IMG/VR virus record: IMGVR_UViG_3300005613_000021
Coordinates: 32,537-96,536 of that record
Origin: a virus
Length of the DNA: 64,000 bases
Direction: 5' to 3' (one strand)
Shown here: positions 18,294 to 29,455 of the stretch, one piece after another
Layout of the letters: each line of letters begins with the position of its first letter
Position numbering within the stretch: position 1 is the stretch's first letter
Position numbers and translations under genes: made by a program
The notes under the pieces: generated by a model
The model's input: only the letters and a program-made list of their open reading frames with translations
Told to the model about the DNA's origin: nothing
The model's database searches: none

Positions 18294-19796
18294 ATGATAT
18301 CTGGTATAGGAGGCATATCTTTTGTGCCTCATGCAATGATAGATATTTCTCCTCAGTATTTTTATTATGGCGATGATGTTATAGGAGGATTTTTAAACTT
18401 AGAAATACAGGGTACACATCATGCTGAAGATAGTGATTCATATACTTCTTTTATAGAATCTGTTGTTGGTCTTATCGATAGTTGTGCCACTATTAATATG
18501 TCAAATGAATGTACTCCTGAAAGCACTATAGATAAATTAGATAATTCTGTTGGAGTTGTGAGAGATGCTAGAGTTAGTCCTGTTGGGGGATTAGATATAA
18601 ATTACAACATAATTGTAGAATGTTCAAAGGATAGTGACAAAAACAAATTAATAGTGAATAATAGTGATATCGATTTTGAAACCATACTTGGAAATGATAT
18701 GATAGTTAGAGCATATTCTGAATCAATAGTGGTCAATTATGCTGATACTAGCACTTTCTCTATTAATGATAAAAAACTAGTCAAAAATGCTGGCAAGTTT
18801 ACTATACAAATAGAAGTGTCTGCTTATGATAATGATCAGTGCGATACTAATGATTTAAATTTTGAATTACTTATGCAATTTTTAGAAAATAGAGTAGATA
18901 CTATTGTTACTAGTCCTAGTGAGGTTAATATTAATATACCTTCTACTTTTGTTACTTGTGCTACGAATATAAAAAAAACAACAAAGAAAACTAGCGCTAG
19001 TATCGATTTTGACTTACATATACTTCCTCAAAACGATACCAAGGCTATTGTAGAATTTAGTGAAACTTTTGAATCTGATCAGCTAAAAGGAGGTAAAAGT
19101 ATTACAAAAATAAAAGGATCTATATTAGGAGTTGATAGTAGCCAGACTGTTTTATATCCAAACTATGATGGTTATGATAATGCTTCAGCCGCTTATAATG
19201 ATATTAGGGAATATTTTGTTAGTGGTATTACAGATCTTTTTGTATCTAATTGTTCCAATGGTAGTGGAACAGGTATGCCCAATATAGGAGATACATGCTA
19301 TCAATTGACCAGTACTAGGTTGTCTGAATTTCCATCAGCCAATAAAATAGATTTTGAAATGACCTATAAAGATACAGAGACTTGTGATTTATTGGGTTAT
19401 AAAATATCTAGTCAATATGAAGAAAGACCTTCCGTAAGTGGTAGGGCAGAACATTTTGCTCCTGGTAGACAGGCTAGTTATAAACCTTTAGTATATGCTA
19501 GTCAAGCTACATCAGCCCCTAAATATAAATTAACAATAAAAGGAGAATTGCCTAGCAGTTGTTTACAACAATCTGTTGGTAAAAGCAATACAGTGCTTAA
19601 AAATAATAGTTTGTTTGCTAATAGTGTCAACATGGACAGTCTTATTACAGAATTAAAGTCAGCTGTTAGCGGAGAGCTTTCTGATCAAAAAGATATTTGG
19701 TCATTAACTGGTGGAAATATAATGCAAATTAATAAAGTAGAAACAGAAGGTAGATACACATATAGTATTACAGAGGAATACATAGAATGTCAATAG
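18294..19796 (+). CDS. Putative tail/baseplate structural protein
   Basis: 500-aa ORF of similar size and composition to its upstream neighbour; possibly a distant paralog. Confidence 0.55.
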   Translation: MISGIGGISFVPHAMIDISPQYFYYGDDVIGGFLNLEIQGTHHAEDSDSYTSFIESVVGLIDSCATINMSNECTPESTIDKLDNSVGVVRDARVSPVGGLDINYNIIVECSKDSDKNKLIVNNSDIDFETILGNDMIVRAYSESIVVNYADTSTFSINDKKLVKNAGKFTIQIEVSAYDNDQCDTNDLNFELLMQFLENRVDTIVTSPSEVNINIPSTFVTCATNIKKTTKKTSASIDFDLHILPQNDTKAIVEFSETFESDQLKGGKSITKIKGSILGVDSSQTVLYPNYDGYDNASAAYNDIREYFVSGITDLFVSNCSNGSGTGMPNIGDTCYQLTSTRLSEFPSANKIDFEMTYKDTETCDLLGYKISSQYEERPSVSGRAEHFAPGRQASYKPLVYASQATSAPKYKLTIKGELPSSCLQQSVGKSNTVLKNNSLFANSVNMDSLITELKSAVSGELSDQKDIWSLTGGNIMQINKVETEGRYTYSITEEYIECQ

Positions 19797-22700
19797 ATAA
19801 AAGTAAAGAACTATACGACAAAATATTAAGTGAATTAGAGTTATTTTCTGATGAATTAAGTTTTGATGCTATGGCTACAAAACCAGCCATAATAAATCAG
19901 TATAATTTACTTTCTAATATTCCAGTAAACCTTAGTGTATCAAGTGGGAATCATGTTGTTTTAGGTCATAGAATTCCCATGAGCTATATTGATATAAATA
20001 GTGTTAGTGATTGTGATTCTGATTGTAATATACTTAGTTTTTCTGGTATTAACGCTAGTGGAGATATAACATACGCAACAGATAATATTATATCAATTAA
20101 AATAGAAAAGGATATTAGTTCATTCGCTGCCGGATCTACTATCAGTGGTAGTGATGAAATTAGTTTTACTAGCACAGGAGTAACTCCCGGTTCTTGTTCG
20201 GGATTTTCTGATTACAGCATATCTGATCAAATATCGGTGGATAATGCTTTAATTTCTTTCGTAACAGGAATAGGTTCAGAAATACCTTTTAGTGGAGGTA
20301 GCGGTAATGTTGAATCATCTTATTTTGAAAGATTGGGTTCTGGAACATTTATTATAGCCCCACCATTATCATCACAAGATGATTATTTTTATATCTATAC
20401 AACTGGAACTTCATCATATCGTGGTGTTGCTCATCCTTCAGAAACTGGAATAAAACAAGTAGTAGGAGGATCGTCAGAATGGAGTGCATTATCAAATAAT
20501 TTTATTTTATGTCTTTATAATTCTGATCCTTCTTCTATTTTTAAATATAATGTAGAACAAGATAATTGGACTGCTATAAATCCTTTTAATACTGGCATTA
20601 ATACTGAACTTACTAATATTATAAAACTAGAGAATGATGCAGGCTATTATTTAGTATTAGGCACTGGTACTGGTGAATATGTTTTATATAATAGTATCTT
20701 TGATTTTGCAACAGGCATACTAGATTCGACCGATGAAGGATACAAAATACTACCTGCAAACATAGCTTTGATTCCTAGTTATGTAACTACTGGATGTCAA
20801 TGGCAGGTTGATAGTTCTCAAGACATGAGACTAGGTGACAGTGAATATCATATATTTCTTACTGACTATGATTATAGTGGTAACTTAACCTATCCATTAA
20901 AACTAAAAAATATTAATTTTTCTCCGATAATAGAAAATGGTGATTTTGTATTGTCTGGAAATATTGTCAGCGGAACTACTTATCTTAGTAATTATTTAAA
21001 TTATCGTACAGATATTATTAATGTAGCAGATAAACTTGTAATATCTCTTTCTAGCACAGGTACTAATAATAGTCAACTTGTTATATGGGACAATAGCACA
21101 CTAACAACAGACAGCATCTATTCTTCTGAGAAAAAAAATAGATTGGTCAGATTAGTGAATGACCAAATACTATGGTGCTCATCTAGTAATAGTGGTATTT
21201 CGACAGTAATAGATCCGTATGAGATAAAAGAGTACCCGTTTCCTGTTCCACTAACAGGCAATATTAGTGTTGCTACTAGCTGTCCATTAGAATTTAGAAC
21301 ATTGATGCTGGATGCTGCTGGCACAAACGCATATATTGTTAATGATTTAGACAGAACTTACGAAACCCTATCTTTTACAGGCTCTTTGTCTATGGGTAGG
21401 TATCATGATATTATTGTGCTAGATCAGCTACCAAACAGCTCTGATCATTCTCATAACTTTTATTTGATGCCTGATGAAACTTATTCTAATGATTTTCCTA
21501 AAGCAAACCTTATTACCATATCTACAACAACCACCTCTTTTACCGGCATCACTATTGATGGTGATTTTACTATAGATGAAACAACTACTACTGGCTTAAT
21601 TGAGATAGGTAGATTTTTTGTTCCATCAGGAGCGGATGATGAATTTGTTGGGACTTATACTTTTGGTATGGACGATGCTTTGGGCAATAGTTCTATTTTT
21701 GATTTAACCTTTAACAATGGTAGTGGTATTATTTATGTAAAATCTGGAATATATTTAGATTATGAAGATCAAAATTTTTATTATGGATATATAACTGGAG
21801 TAGACCTTTATGTTGATAGGGGTAATTCTAATAATAATTTTACCCTAAGATTACTACCAGTTAATGAAGCCCCTACAGGAATAGTATTTGATCCCCCAAA
21901 TAGTGGTGGTTACAATATTAATATTCCTGTTGATGAAGATAAACTTGTTGCAACTTTTGATGTAAAAGATCCAGATACTGTATTTACCGGTATTTTTGAC
22001 AGATTAAAACAATTTAATAATGTTATAGGTGTTTCAGGTGTGGACGCTGATATCTTTAATGTTAATTTTAATGATATTTTACAAGAAGGTAGTATATTTG
22101 TAAAGAATGGGACAGCTTTTGATATTGATAGCAAAGACTTGTATGAATTAACTTTATACGCTGGTCAGAGTGGGTCTGGCTTTAGCACATCTGGAAATTG
22201 GACTCTATACCTAACAGACAATCCGCCAATATCTATAGATATAACACCATCTCAAACTGGTCTTCCAGAAAATTTTATTCCTCCACAGACAGGTTTTAAG
22301 CTATCTGATTTTATTGTTCAAGATAATGATACTAACAGAAATAATTTTGTAAGTCTTATTGGTAATGACGCCAGCTATTTTAGTATCGATTACGATTTTG
22401 CTAGTGGCACAGGCTCTTTAGTATTAGAGCCAGACGTTGTACTAGATTATGAGACAAAACCTACAGTTACTGCAACTTTAGTGGCAGGAAATCTACCTGG
22501 TATATATTCTGCAACTAGAACATTTACAATTAATGTACAAGATGTGGAATTTGAAATATCAGGAATTACAGCAACACCAGATATATTTTATCTTTATGAA
22601 GACGTAGACACTTCTACTGGTAGTATTAAACTTTGTGACTTAAAATGGACAGATCCTGATTTAGATCTTAATCCTGGTGCCGATATGGTTGTTTTTGATT

Positions 22701-25609
22701 TGAGATATACTGGAACTAATTTTGGTAGTGCTTTGGATAAATTTACAGTGGTGGATAATAGTACTAAATATCCAAAAATATACTTAAAACAAGGAGCCGT
22801 ATTGGATTATGAAGTAGCAACTAGATATGACATATTCGTTTACGCCAGGCCAGATTTTAATCAGGATTCATATGGAACTCAAATCACTTTAGTCGTAAGA
22901 GATATTAACGACCCACCCAATGTAACATTTGATCCAACGGGGATACTTTTAGCAGAAACGACACCCTCCAATGCTGGCTCCTTTAAAGTTTGTGATATTG
23001 TTGTAGCGGACGAGGAACTATCTTCTGTTAATTTTGCTTTGACTGGACAGGATAGTTCTTATTTTACAATGCAGATTAAAGAAGGAATACCAAATAGTTT
23101 GTCTGGCGAAAATGTTGGTAGTATATATTTTAATAGCGGCATCAATTTGAATATAGACAGTAAAAATAGCTATACTGCAACAGTTTTAGCTACCGATTCA
23201 AGTGGATTAGTTGGAACGGGTAATTTTACAATAGAGATAACCGACGATCCATTTTGTGAATACAGAATAAACCTAGTTTCTCTTGTTAACAATAATTGTG
23301 CAAATCAAGAGAACGGTAGGATAGTGCTTGATATTTTATACACGGGAGAAGATAACAATAGTTGCACAATCAATAGCCCTCTTTCTGTTTCATGGATTAA
23401 TTTACCATCTGGAGTAAGCTCTTCTTTTGGAGGTAGAAATCTTAATAATTTACCGACAGGAAATTACAGTGGCTTTATTTATGGTGGAGAAATACCTTTA
23501 GAGGAAATTTCATACACTATAAGTTCCACTTCTGATTTAGAATTCTTACAAGCAACTAAAATTTACAATAGTTGTGAGACAACAGGAATATTACAAGTTG
23601 TATGGCAAGGAGGAGTTCCTCCTTATTATGTGTCTTATGGTACTGCAAGAGCAGTAGTTTCTTCTGGTTTTAAAGCTAACTTAAACGTGATAAATAATAC
23701 GGTAAATATCAGTCCAACAGTGCTTGATTCATTAGGCTGTGAGGTTTCTTCTGAAGAAGATATATCTTTTGAGTTTCCTGGGGTTTCTTTTGTAGAATAT
23801 CAATCTCAAAGCCCTCCTATTATATATGATGACACTATAGAAAGTTTTAAATTAAATGTCTCTAATGGCGATGGTCCAAATCAAGTTGAAATATATCATA
23901 CTACAACAGGCGAAAGAGATAGTCTATTTGCTTCTTTTGATATGTTTGATACAACGATATTAGAAAGTATAGATAAGTCAAACAATATATATTATTACAA
24001 TTTCAAAAATACTTTATATCCAGGCTATTATATTTTTGATTTTATAAATTCAGATGGTTGTTCTGTGTCTTCTTCATTGTTATTAGCTCAGAACATAACA
24101 CCAATGTCTTTAAATGTAGACATACAACATGACGCCCCTTCAGATAATGGTTCTTTTACTATTTCTCAACCAATATTAGAAACATTATTTGTTCCATATA
24201 AAATGATACTAAATAATAGTAATGTACTATCTTATATTAATGGTATTACAGAAAAAACAGATATAAAATTTGAAATAAATGGAAAAATTTATAAAAGAAA
24301 ATCCCTTAATGGAGTAGTCAACTGTGATGATTATTCGATATTGAATATCAAGTTTTTAGGCATAAAAGACACAGATTGGTATTATACTATTAGTTTTTTT
24401 CAAGGGTTTGATCTTACAGATGCTGAATTAAATATTCTGAGCTCTGATATTTATTTAGTGCTGCCTAATGAAGAAAAGATTAAAATTGTAACAGAATTAA
24501 ACAACAATATCAATACTATTAAATTATTGAAAGGTTCTATTATTACTGGAACTTCCAGAATAGCACAATATTCTTATAATAGAGAATTAGGGTTATATTA
24601 TTTTGAACAAAACTACATACCTTTGGAAGCTAAGTCTTTTGTTTTTGACACATTAACCTTAACTAATAAATATATACCAGGAACTGTTACTAGAATAAGC
24701 TTTTTGGAACATCCTGATATCTCAGATAATTTAAGATCAGATCTTCTTGAATCAATATCTTTTTCTGGTACTGATACCCAATCAAGGATTTTAAATAATA
24801 GAAAATTTTTACTGGCTTTAAATAATTTTGGAAAATCTACAATTATGTATAGTAAAACAGAGAATTATTATACTCATGACGGGTCTATCGTTAATAGTAT
24901 TACTGGAGGTTATGGGGAATATAATATCAATTATTATTATTACAATAAGGAAACAAAGTGCTTGAATTTATTAAAATATAATAATGAAACATTAACAGAA
25001 GCAGAGGCACAACCTATACCTCATGGATCATATGTAGTTAAAATTAGAGACATATATGGAAATAAAATAAAATCTGTAAACAATATTGCATATGATACTG
25101 TTTACACAAATTATCTAGATTATATCTTAAATACCTTAGACACTACTACAGAAAACATGAACTTTGAATATGGAGATATTTTGGTTAATATAGTTGATAC
25201 AACCAGACAAGACATACCCGATGATGGAGGACTACCAGGCTCTGAACCAGAGACACCAACCCCGGTGCCTCCTGCTACTCCTTCAAATAGGGTTACCGAA
25301 ACAACATATCGGGTATCGCCCAACACCGATTATAAAAATTCTGTTACTATACAAACTTCTCCAATTAAAGTGTCATTTATAGTTACCGGTCCATATGGGT
25401 ATAGTAAAAAATTCCACGACACATCAATACTAACACAATTGCCTCCTGGTGTATATTACATAGAAGGAGACAAAACAGATCTAAGGAATAAGTATCTATA
25501 TCAAGACAAAAAGAGTTTTGCTATAAATAAAAATACAAATATTTTTGTACAACTAAGATTTAATTCATATCGGGATACAATACAGATAGAAGATACTTGT
25601 GAATTATAA
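19787..25609 (+). CDS. Large virion adhesin-like protein with cadherin-like and SprB-like repeats
   Basis: LDYE x3, VNEAP, DINDPP, DPD Ca-binding motifs (~21550-23250); then GGVPPY, DSLGC, PGYYIFDFINSDGC, GSYVVKIRDIYG SprB-type motifs. Confidence 0.7.
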   Translation: MSIDKSKELYDKILSELELFSDELSFDAMATKPAIINQYNLLSNIPVNLSVSSGNHVVLGHRIPMSYIDINSVSDCDSDCNILSFSGINASGDITYATDNIISIKIEKDISSFAAGSTISGSDEISFTSTGVTPGSCSGFSDYSISDQISVDNALISFVTGIGSEIPFSGGSGNVESSYFERLGSGTFIIAPPLSSQDDYFYIYTTGTSSYRGVAHPSETGIKQVVGGSSEWSALSNNFILCLYNSDPSSIFKYNVEQDNWTAINPFNTGINTELTNIIKLENDAGYYLVLGTGTGEYVLYNSIFDFATGILDSTDEGYKILPANIALIPSYVTTGCQWQVDSSQDMRLGDSEYHIFLTDYDYSGNLTYPLKLKNINFSPIIENGDFVLSGNIVSGTTYLSNYLNYRTDIINVADKLVISLSSTGTNNSQLVIWDNSTLTTDSIYSSEKKNRLVRLVNDQILWCSSSNSGISTVIDPYEIKEYPFPVPLTGNISVATSCPLEFRTLMLDAAGTNAYIVNDLDRTYETLSFTGSLSMGRYHDIIVLDQLPNSSDHSHNFYLMPDETYSNDFPKANLITISTTTTSFTGITIDGDFTIDETTTTGLIEIGRFFVPSGADDEFVGTYTFGMDDALGNSSIFDLTFNNGSGIIYVKSGIYLDYEDQNFYYGYITGVDLYVDRGNSNNNFTLRLLPVNEAPTGIVFDPPNSGGYNINIPVDEDKLVATFDVKDPDTVFTGIFDRLKQFNNVIGVSGVDADIFNVNFNDILQEGSIFVKNGTAFDIDSKDLYELTLYAGQSGSGFSTSGNWTLYLTDNPPISIDITPSQTGLPENFIPPQTGFKLSDFIVQDNDTNRNNFVSLIGNDASYFSIDYDFASGTGSLVLEPDVVLDYETKPTVTATLVAGNLPGIYSATRTFTINVQDVEFEISGITATPDIFYLYEDVDTSTGSIKLCDLKWTDPDLDLNPGADMVVFDLRYTGTNFGSALDKFTVVDNSTKYPKIYLKQGAVLDYEVATRYDIFVYARPDFNQDSYGTQITLVVRDINDPPNVTFDPTGILLAETTPSNAGSFKVCDIVVADEELSSVNFALTGQDSSYFTMQIKEGIPNSLSGENVGSIYFNSGINLNIDSKNSYTATVLATDSSGLVGTGNFTIEITDDPFCEYRINLVSLVNNNCANQENGRIVLDILYTGEDNNSCTINSPLSVSWINLPSGVSSSFGGRNLNNLPTGNYSGFIYGGEIPLEEISYTISSTSDLEFLQATKIYNSCETTGILQVVWQGGVPPYYVSYGTARAVVSSGFKANLNVINNTVNISPTVLDSLGCEVSSEEDISFEFPGVSFVEYQSQSPPIIYDDTIESFKLNVSNGDGPNQVEIYHTTTGERDSLFASFDMFDTTILESIDKSNNIYYYNFKNTLYPGYYIFDFINSDGCSVSSSLLLAQNITPMSLNVDIQHDAPSDNGSFTISQPILETLFVPYKMILNNSNVLSYINGITEKTDIKFEINGKIYKRKSLNGVVNCDDYSILNIKFLGIKDTDWYYTISFFQGFDLTDAELNILSSDIYLVLPNEEKIKIVTELNNNINTIKLLKGSIITGTSRIAQYSYNRELGLYYFEQNYIPLEAKSFVFDTLTLTNKYIPGTVTRISFLEHPDISDNLRSDLLESISFSGTDTQSRILNNRKFLLALNNFGKSTIMYSKTENYYTHDGSIVNSITGGYGEYNINYYYYNKETKCLNLLKYNNETLTEAEAQPIPHGSYVVKIRDIYGNKIKSVNNIAYDTVYTNYLDYILNTLDTTTENMNFEYGDILVNIVDTTRQDIPDDGGLPGSEPETPTPVPPATPSNRVTETTYRVSPNTDYKNSVTIQTSPIKVSFIVTGPYGYSKKFHDTSILTQLPPGVYYIEGDKTDLRNKYLYQDKKSFAINKNTNIFVQLRFNSYRDTIQIEDTCEL

Positions 25610-25636
25610 GAACAAACCCAACAACAGGATAAAGTT

Positions 25637-28600
25637 ATGACTTGTCAAGATATTAATCCAACATGCACCTTTAAATATTTAGAAGCAGTTAGTGTATGGG
25701 GTCAGGTTCCTCCACCAGAACAGTTAAAAAATGTATTAGGAGACGCAACTGGTGAAGATGATCCTATGAAAAAGATTCTAGGATTTACTTGCACATTGGG
25801 AATGGGTACTTCATCAAGCACCCTTACTATTGATCTTTCTGGTTTTCATGCAGATGCTGAGGACACTGTTGGCAGAGTAGCTATATTTAAATGTGATGAG
25901 TTTGGTTTCGGGGGAGTAATTAAAAGCGTAGTTCATTCAGAAAATAGTAATGGGCAAAAAACCAAAATAGAGATGACAGATTGTAAAGAATTACTGGTTC
26001 GTTATGATCTTTTTCTTAATGAGTGGCACGATACAACTAATAGTGTTAGTAAATCAGGTGGTTTCGTTAATATTAATTACAGGGGTTGGAATTGCACAAA
26101 TGTTCACAGGGCCATAGAAGGAGATAGCTGGGGGGATTATATTGCTAGTAACTACGGAGGAAAACAGGTTGGAATAAATAATTACGGTACGGCTCTTCCT
26201 GATGCTGGCCAGGACTGCGCGAAGTTTGGTACTAGTACAGATGGAAAGGTATCTCAAGGAAATACTACATATTACAAAATATGTCAAGCATTAACAACCT
26301 TATCAATTCGTTGGTTTAATACCAAATCTTATCCTTTAAAAATTTGGATTGATGCAGTAAGAAATATAGCAAGTGAAATACCGTATGTAGCAACATCTGC
26401 AAAGTCTATGACACTTTTAGATCTTATCAACAATGTTTGCGAAGAGGCTGGTTACGATTGGACTTTTCACACTCCAGATGGTAATAGTATTTATATGAGA
26501 TTTATAGATAAGAAACAAGAAGTTGCATTTGGAGAAGTAAAAAATAGAATATTGAATGCCAAAAATAGCGGAACAAATAAGCTGTTAAACTATTCGATAG
26601 GTGCTGAGTTTAAAAACGAAAAGACCAGAAGAGTAGTATTAGGTTCTAAAGTTAATTATATTAAAGAATTATATTTCCCAAGCAATAATCAAAGTGGAGG
26701 TATTGAAAATAATGGTCGGGCACACAAAGTTGCAGCAGTTTTAGGTTTTACAAATGACGGTAAAGCAATTTATGCAACAGATTCTGCCGGTCAACCAACT
26801 ACTTACGCTTGGGACCTAAATATTAATACTAGTACACTTAATGTAGCATTATCAACAGTGGGTTTTCCTGGATTTGGAACATCTACTATATTAGGCGAAA
26901 TAGAAATGATGGCCACTTCAAATTTAGCAACATGGAAACTATTTGGAATTTTAAATCCAGCCAGCATTTCTGCTAAATGTATGAATCATCTTGGAATTGA
27001 TAGAGCAACTGCTTTTAGTAAGGTTTCTACGGCTGCTGCCGATACTCATAGTCAAGCACAGGCTGCTGTAGAGGCTGTAAAATTTTCTACAAGAAAAAAT
27101 GTTGGAGAATTAGTATACGAAGAAGTATGTTATTCTTGGATTAAAAATTTTTATGATCGATATTACGGTAAATACTATCTTTGCATATTGCCCAAAAAAA
27201 TGTGTTACAATGATCCAACAGGATATATGCAGGCAAATGACATATTTCTTGGGCCAGGATCTGCAGCTTTTATGATGGACGAACCTACTGATAGCGGATG
27301 GGGAGATTTTACTAACAATACTATTGGTCTTAACGACTGGACTAGATTCAAAGACAATAGTGGCAAGACTAAATGTTTCTGTAGAATAGACGGCACAGAC
27401 AATTTGGTAAGAAACGTTTTCAATTCACAAAGAAGCTTTTTTACAGATCCTTCAAGAATACAGTCAGATTTTGCTGTACAAGGCAATTACATATATTCTG
27501 ACGCAGAAGTGGATGGGCGGGTATTTTTTGTAGATGATGGAACTGGCAATAGTTCTATGGGAATACTAGTAAAATTACCTAATATTATTCCCCAAGTATG
27601 GAATGATACTAGCAACAAGGGATTAAATAGTCATGGTTTAAGACTATTAGATCTCTTCAGTGGTAGTACAAGTTTTATAAATGGGGCTTCACAATATGGG
27701 GGAACTACTGATTTTAGTTATGCAAATGTTTTTAAGGCGGCAGACTTGGCTGCTAGAATAGATTCTGCTGCTATTCCACTCAAAAGTAAAATAGTAAATT
27801 ATGGACCATGGCTTTCTCATGATAGAAGTAGCGACTGGGATGACGGAGGAGTGGAACTAAGACATGTTGAAGACCTGAATCCTTGGACATATGGTGGATA
27901 TGCCAATATGAATACGGCTGGAAGTAAGTTGGCTACAGATGGTTTAAAAAATAGGGTGAGATATGAATCTGGTAGTATAACTATAGCTGAAACACCACAA
28001 CAAAATATGGAAGGAGGAGGAACCAGTAAAACAGATCCTGTTATAGCTAGTATAGTTTGTAAACTTGATGCTGGTGGAGCTACTACAACATATAATTATC
28101 AAACATATGTACAAAAATTTGGACAAAGTGCTGAAGCCTTTAATAATTATACTAAATTACAAATCAGTAACAGAAGATCAAATGCCAATATCTTAAAAGA
28201 TATGAATCTAGAAATTAGTAGGGCATTTTCAAGTGCAATGAGATCTTTTGGGAATATCAGAGAAAGGTTTTTTGAACAAATGTCTGTTCCTTTGAGCACA
28301 TCCTCTAGTAGTTTGAATAATGTTTTGATTTTGAGCTATCCTGATACTCTGACATATCCAGGAAGAATAGAGGCTGGTATTGATAAAAAATATACATCTG
28401 ATTATTTTCAAGATCAAAATAATTACAGCAAATATGCTATTGTTAGTTTAGATATGATTTTTAGTCCTTTTTCTACTACTATTGGTCCCGGCCCTGCTAT
28501 GCCAGGTTTTACTGCAGCTTTAGGTAGTAGTGACTATCCTGCAAACGCCACAAAGCCCAGAGTTCCACCAACTAGCTCAACACAAATAATACCAATTTAT

Positions 28601-29455
28601 AATCTATCATTAAATCCTTACAGCACAAGTGCTATGATGGGTAATTTTAACGGAGCTGGTAGTGGTCGCGGATTCTATACAGAATATATTGCTTTCGGCA
28701 GTGTTCCGGCCAATACTTTTGCAGCCAACGCTACGCAAGAAAGTTTTAGAGACAGTCAAACAAATCTTCGTGGTGCTGCACTTAGAGGCCCATTAGTTTT
28801 GCACTCTTGGGGATATGATACCAATGGGCAGCCCGTACCAGGTAGTCCCACTACTTTTAATAGCGGATGGCTAGGAAACCCCAGTAGCTGGCCTATTGGA
28901 CCAATTGATTTAAGATGGGACAGAAGGAGAGGCGTCTGGGTATCTCCTCCTTCCGCTTCTTTGGTAGTAGCAGAATTAACATCTGATCTGACTATATATA
29001 GTTCTGCAAGTGCTAGTATTATTAATGTTCCTAATTTATATAGCACAAGTATAAATGGGTCAATTACTGTTTATGACTTTATAGGACAAGGCATTAGTGC
29101 AGGGTGTAGGGTATTGGCATATCATTTTGGTCCTGGGGCAGATTATATGGTTGTTAATGCTGGCATGTGTTTAGTTAAGGCTGATGCTCATGGCTGCGAA
29201 CCTTCTACTAATGTTGGACAACCAATGATTCCGCAAGATAAGCATCTTTATGGCTTTGGTCCTAATGGTAGACCAGCTATGTACAGCATAGAAGAATTAT
29301 TTAGTCAGCCCAATCTTACAGGTGGAAGTTTAAAGGTTCTTGGCTACGAAGAACTCAATGATAATGGACACCCTTGCATGGTAGACATTAGTGTTATTGA
29401 TTGTAGCGGTAATTCATTAGGAGGGGGAGGAATAATAGAAAATGAGATTGATTAA
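25637..29455 (+). CDS. Putative tail hub/tip protein
   Basis: 1272-aa last gene of the + strand structural operon; hub-like LLDLINNVCEEAGYDW segment; positional inference. Confidence 0.5.
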   Translation: MTCQDINPTCTFKYLEAVSVWGQVPPPEQLKNVLGDATGEDDPMKKILGFTCTLGMGTSSSTLTIDLSGFHADAEDTVGRVAIFKCDEFGFGGVIKSVVHSENSNGQKTKIEMTDCKELLVRYDLFLNEWHDTTNSVSKSGGFVNINYRGWNCTNVHRAIEGDSWGDYIASNYGGKQVGINNYGTALPDAGQDCAKFGTSTDGKVSQGNTTYYKICQALTTLSIRWFNTKSYPLKIWIDAVRNIASEIPYVATSAKSMTLLDLINNVCEEAGYDWTFHTPDGNSIYMRFIDKKQEVAFGEVKNRILNAKNSGTNKLLNYSIGAEFKNEKTRRVVLGSKVNYIKELYFPSNNQSGGIENNGRAHKVAAVLGFTNDGKAIYATDSAGQPTTYAWDLNINTSTLNVALSTVGFPGFGTSTILGEIEMMATSNLATWKLFGILNPASISAKCMNHLGIDRATAFSKVSTAAADTHSQAQAAVEAVKFSTRKNVGELVYEEVCYSWIKNFYDRYYGKYYLCILPKKMCYNDPTGYMQANDIFLGPGSAAFMMDEPTDSGWGDFTNNTIGLNDWTRFKDNSGKTKCFCRIDGTDNLVRNVFNSQRSFFTDPSRIQSDFAVQGNYIYSDAEVDGRVFFVDDGTGNSSMGILVKLPNIIPQVWNDTSNKGLNSHGLRLLDLFSGSTSFINGASQYGGTTDFSYANVFKAADLAARIDSAAIPLKSKIVNYGPWLSHDRSSDWDDGGVELRHVEDLNPWTYGGYANMNTAGSKLATDGLKNRVRYESGSITIAETPQQNMEGGGTSKTDPVIASIVCKLDAGGATTTYNYQTYVQKFGQSAEAFNNYTKLQISNRRSNANILKDMNLEISRAFSSAMRSFGNIRERFFEQMSVPLSTSSSSLNNVLILSYPDTLTYPGRIEAGIDKKYTSDYFQDQNNYSKYAIVSLDMIFSPFSTTIGPGPAMPGFTAALGSSDYPANATKPRVPPTSSTQIIPIYNLSLNPYSTSAMMGNFNGAGSGRGFYTEYIAFGSVPANTFAANATQESFRDSQTNLRGAALRGPLVLHSWGYDTNGQPVPGSPTTFNSGWLGNPSSWPIGPIDLRWDRRRGVWVSPPSASLVVAELTSDLTIYSSASASIINVPNLYSTSINGSITVYDFIGQGISAGCRVLAYHFGPGADYMVVNAGMCLVKADAHGCEPSTNVGQPMIPQDKHLYGFGPNGRPAMYSIEELFSQPNLTGGSLKVLGYEELNDNGHPCMVDISVIDCSGNSLGGGGIIENEID

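Noticed and set aside
1448-29046. Many short - strand ORFs (60-135 aa) under the structural genes
   Set aside because: Antisense shadows of long + strand genes; no RBS or recognisable motifs
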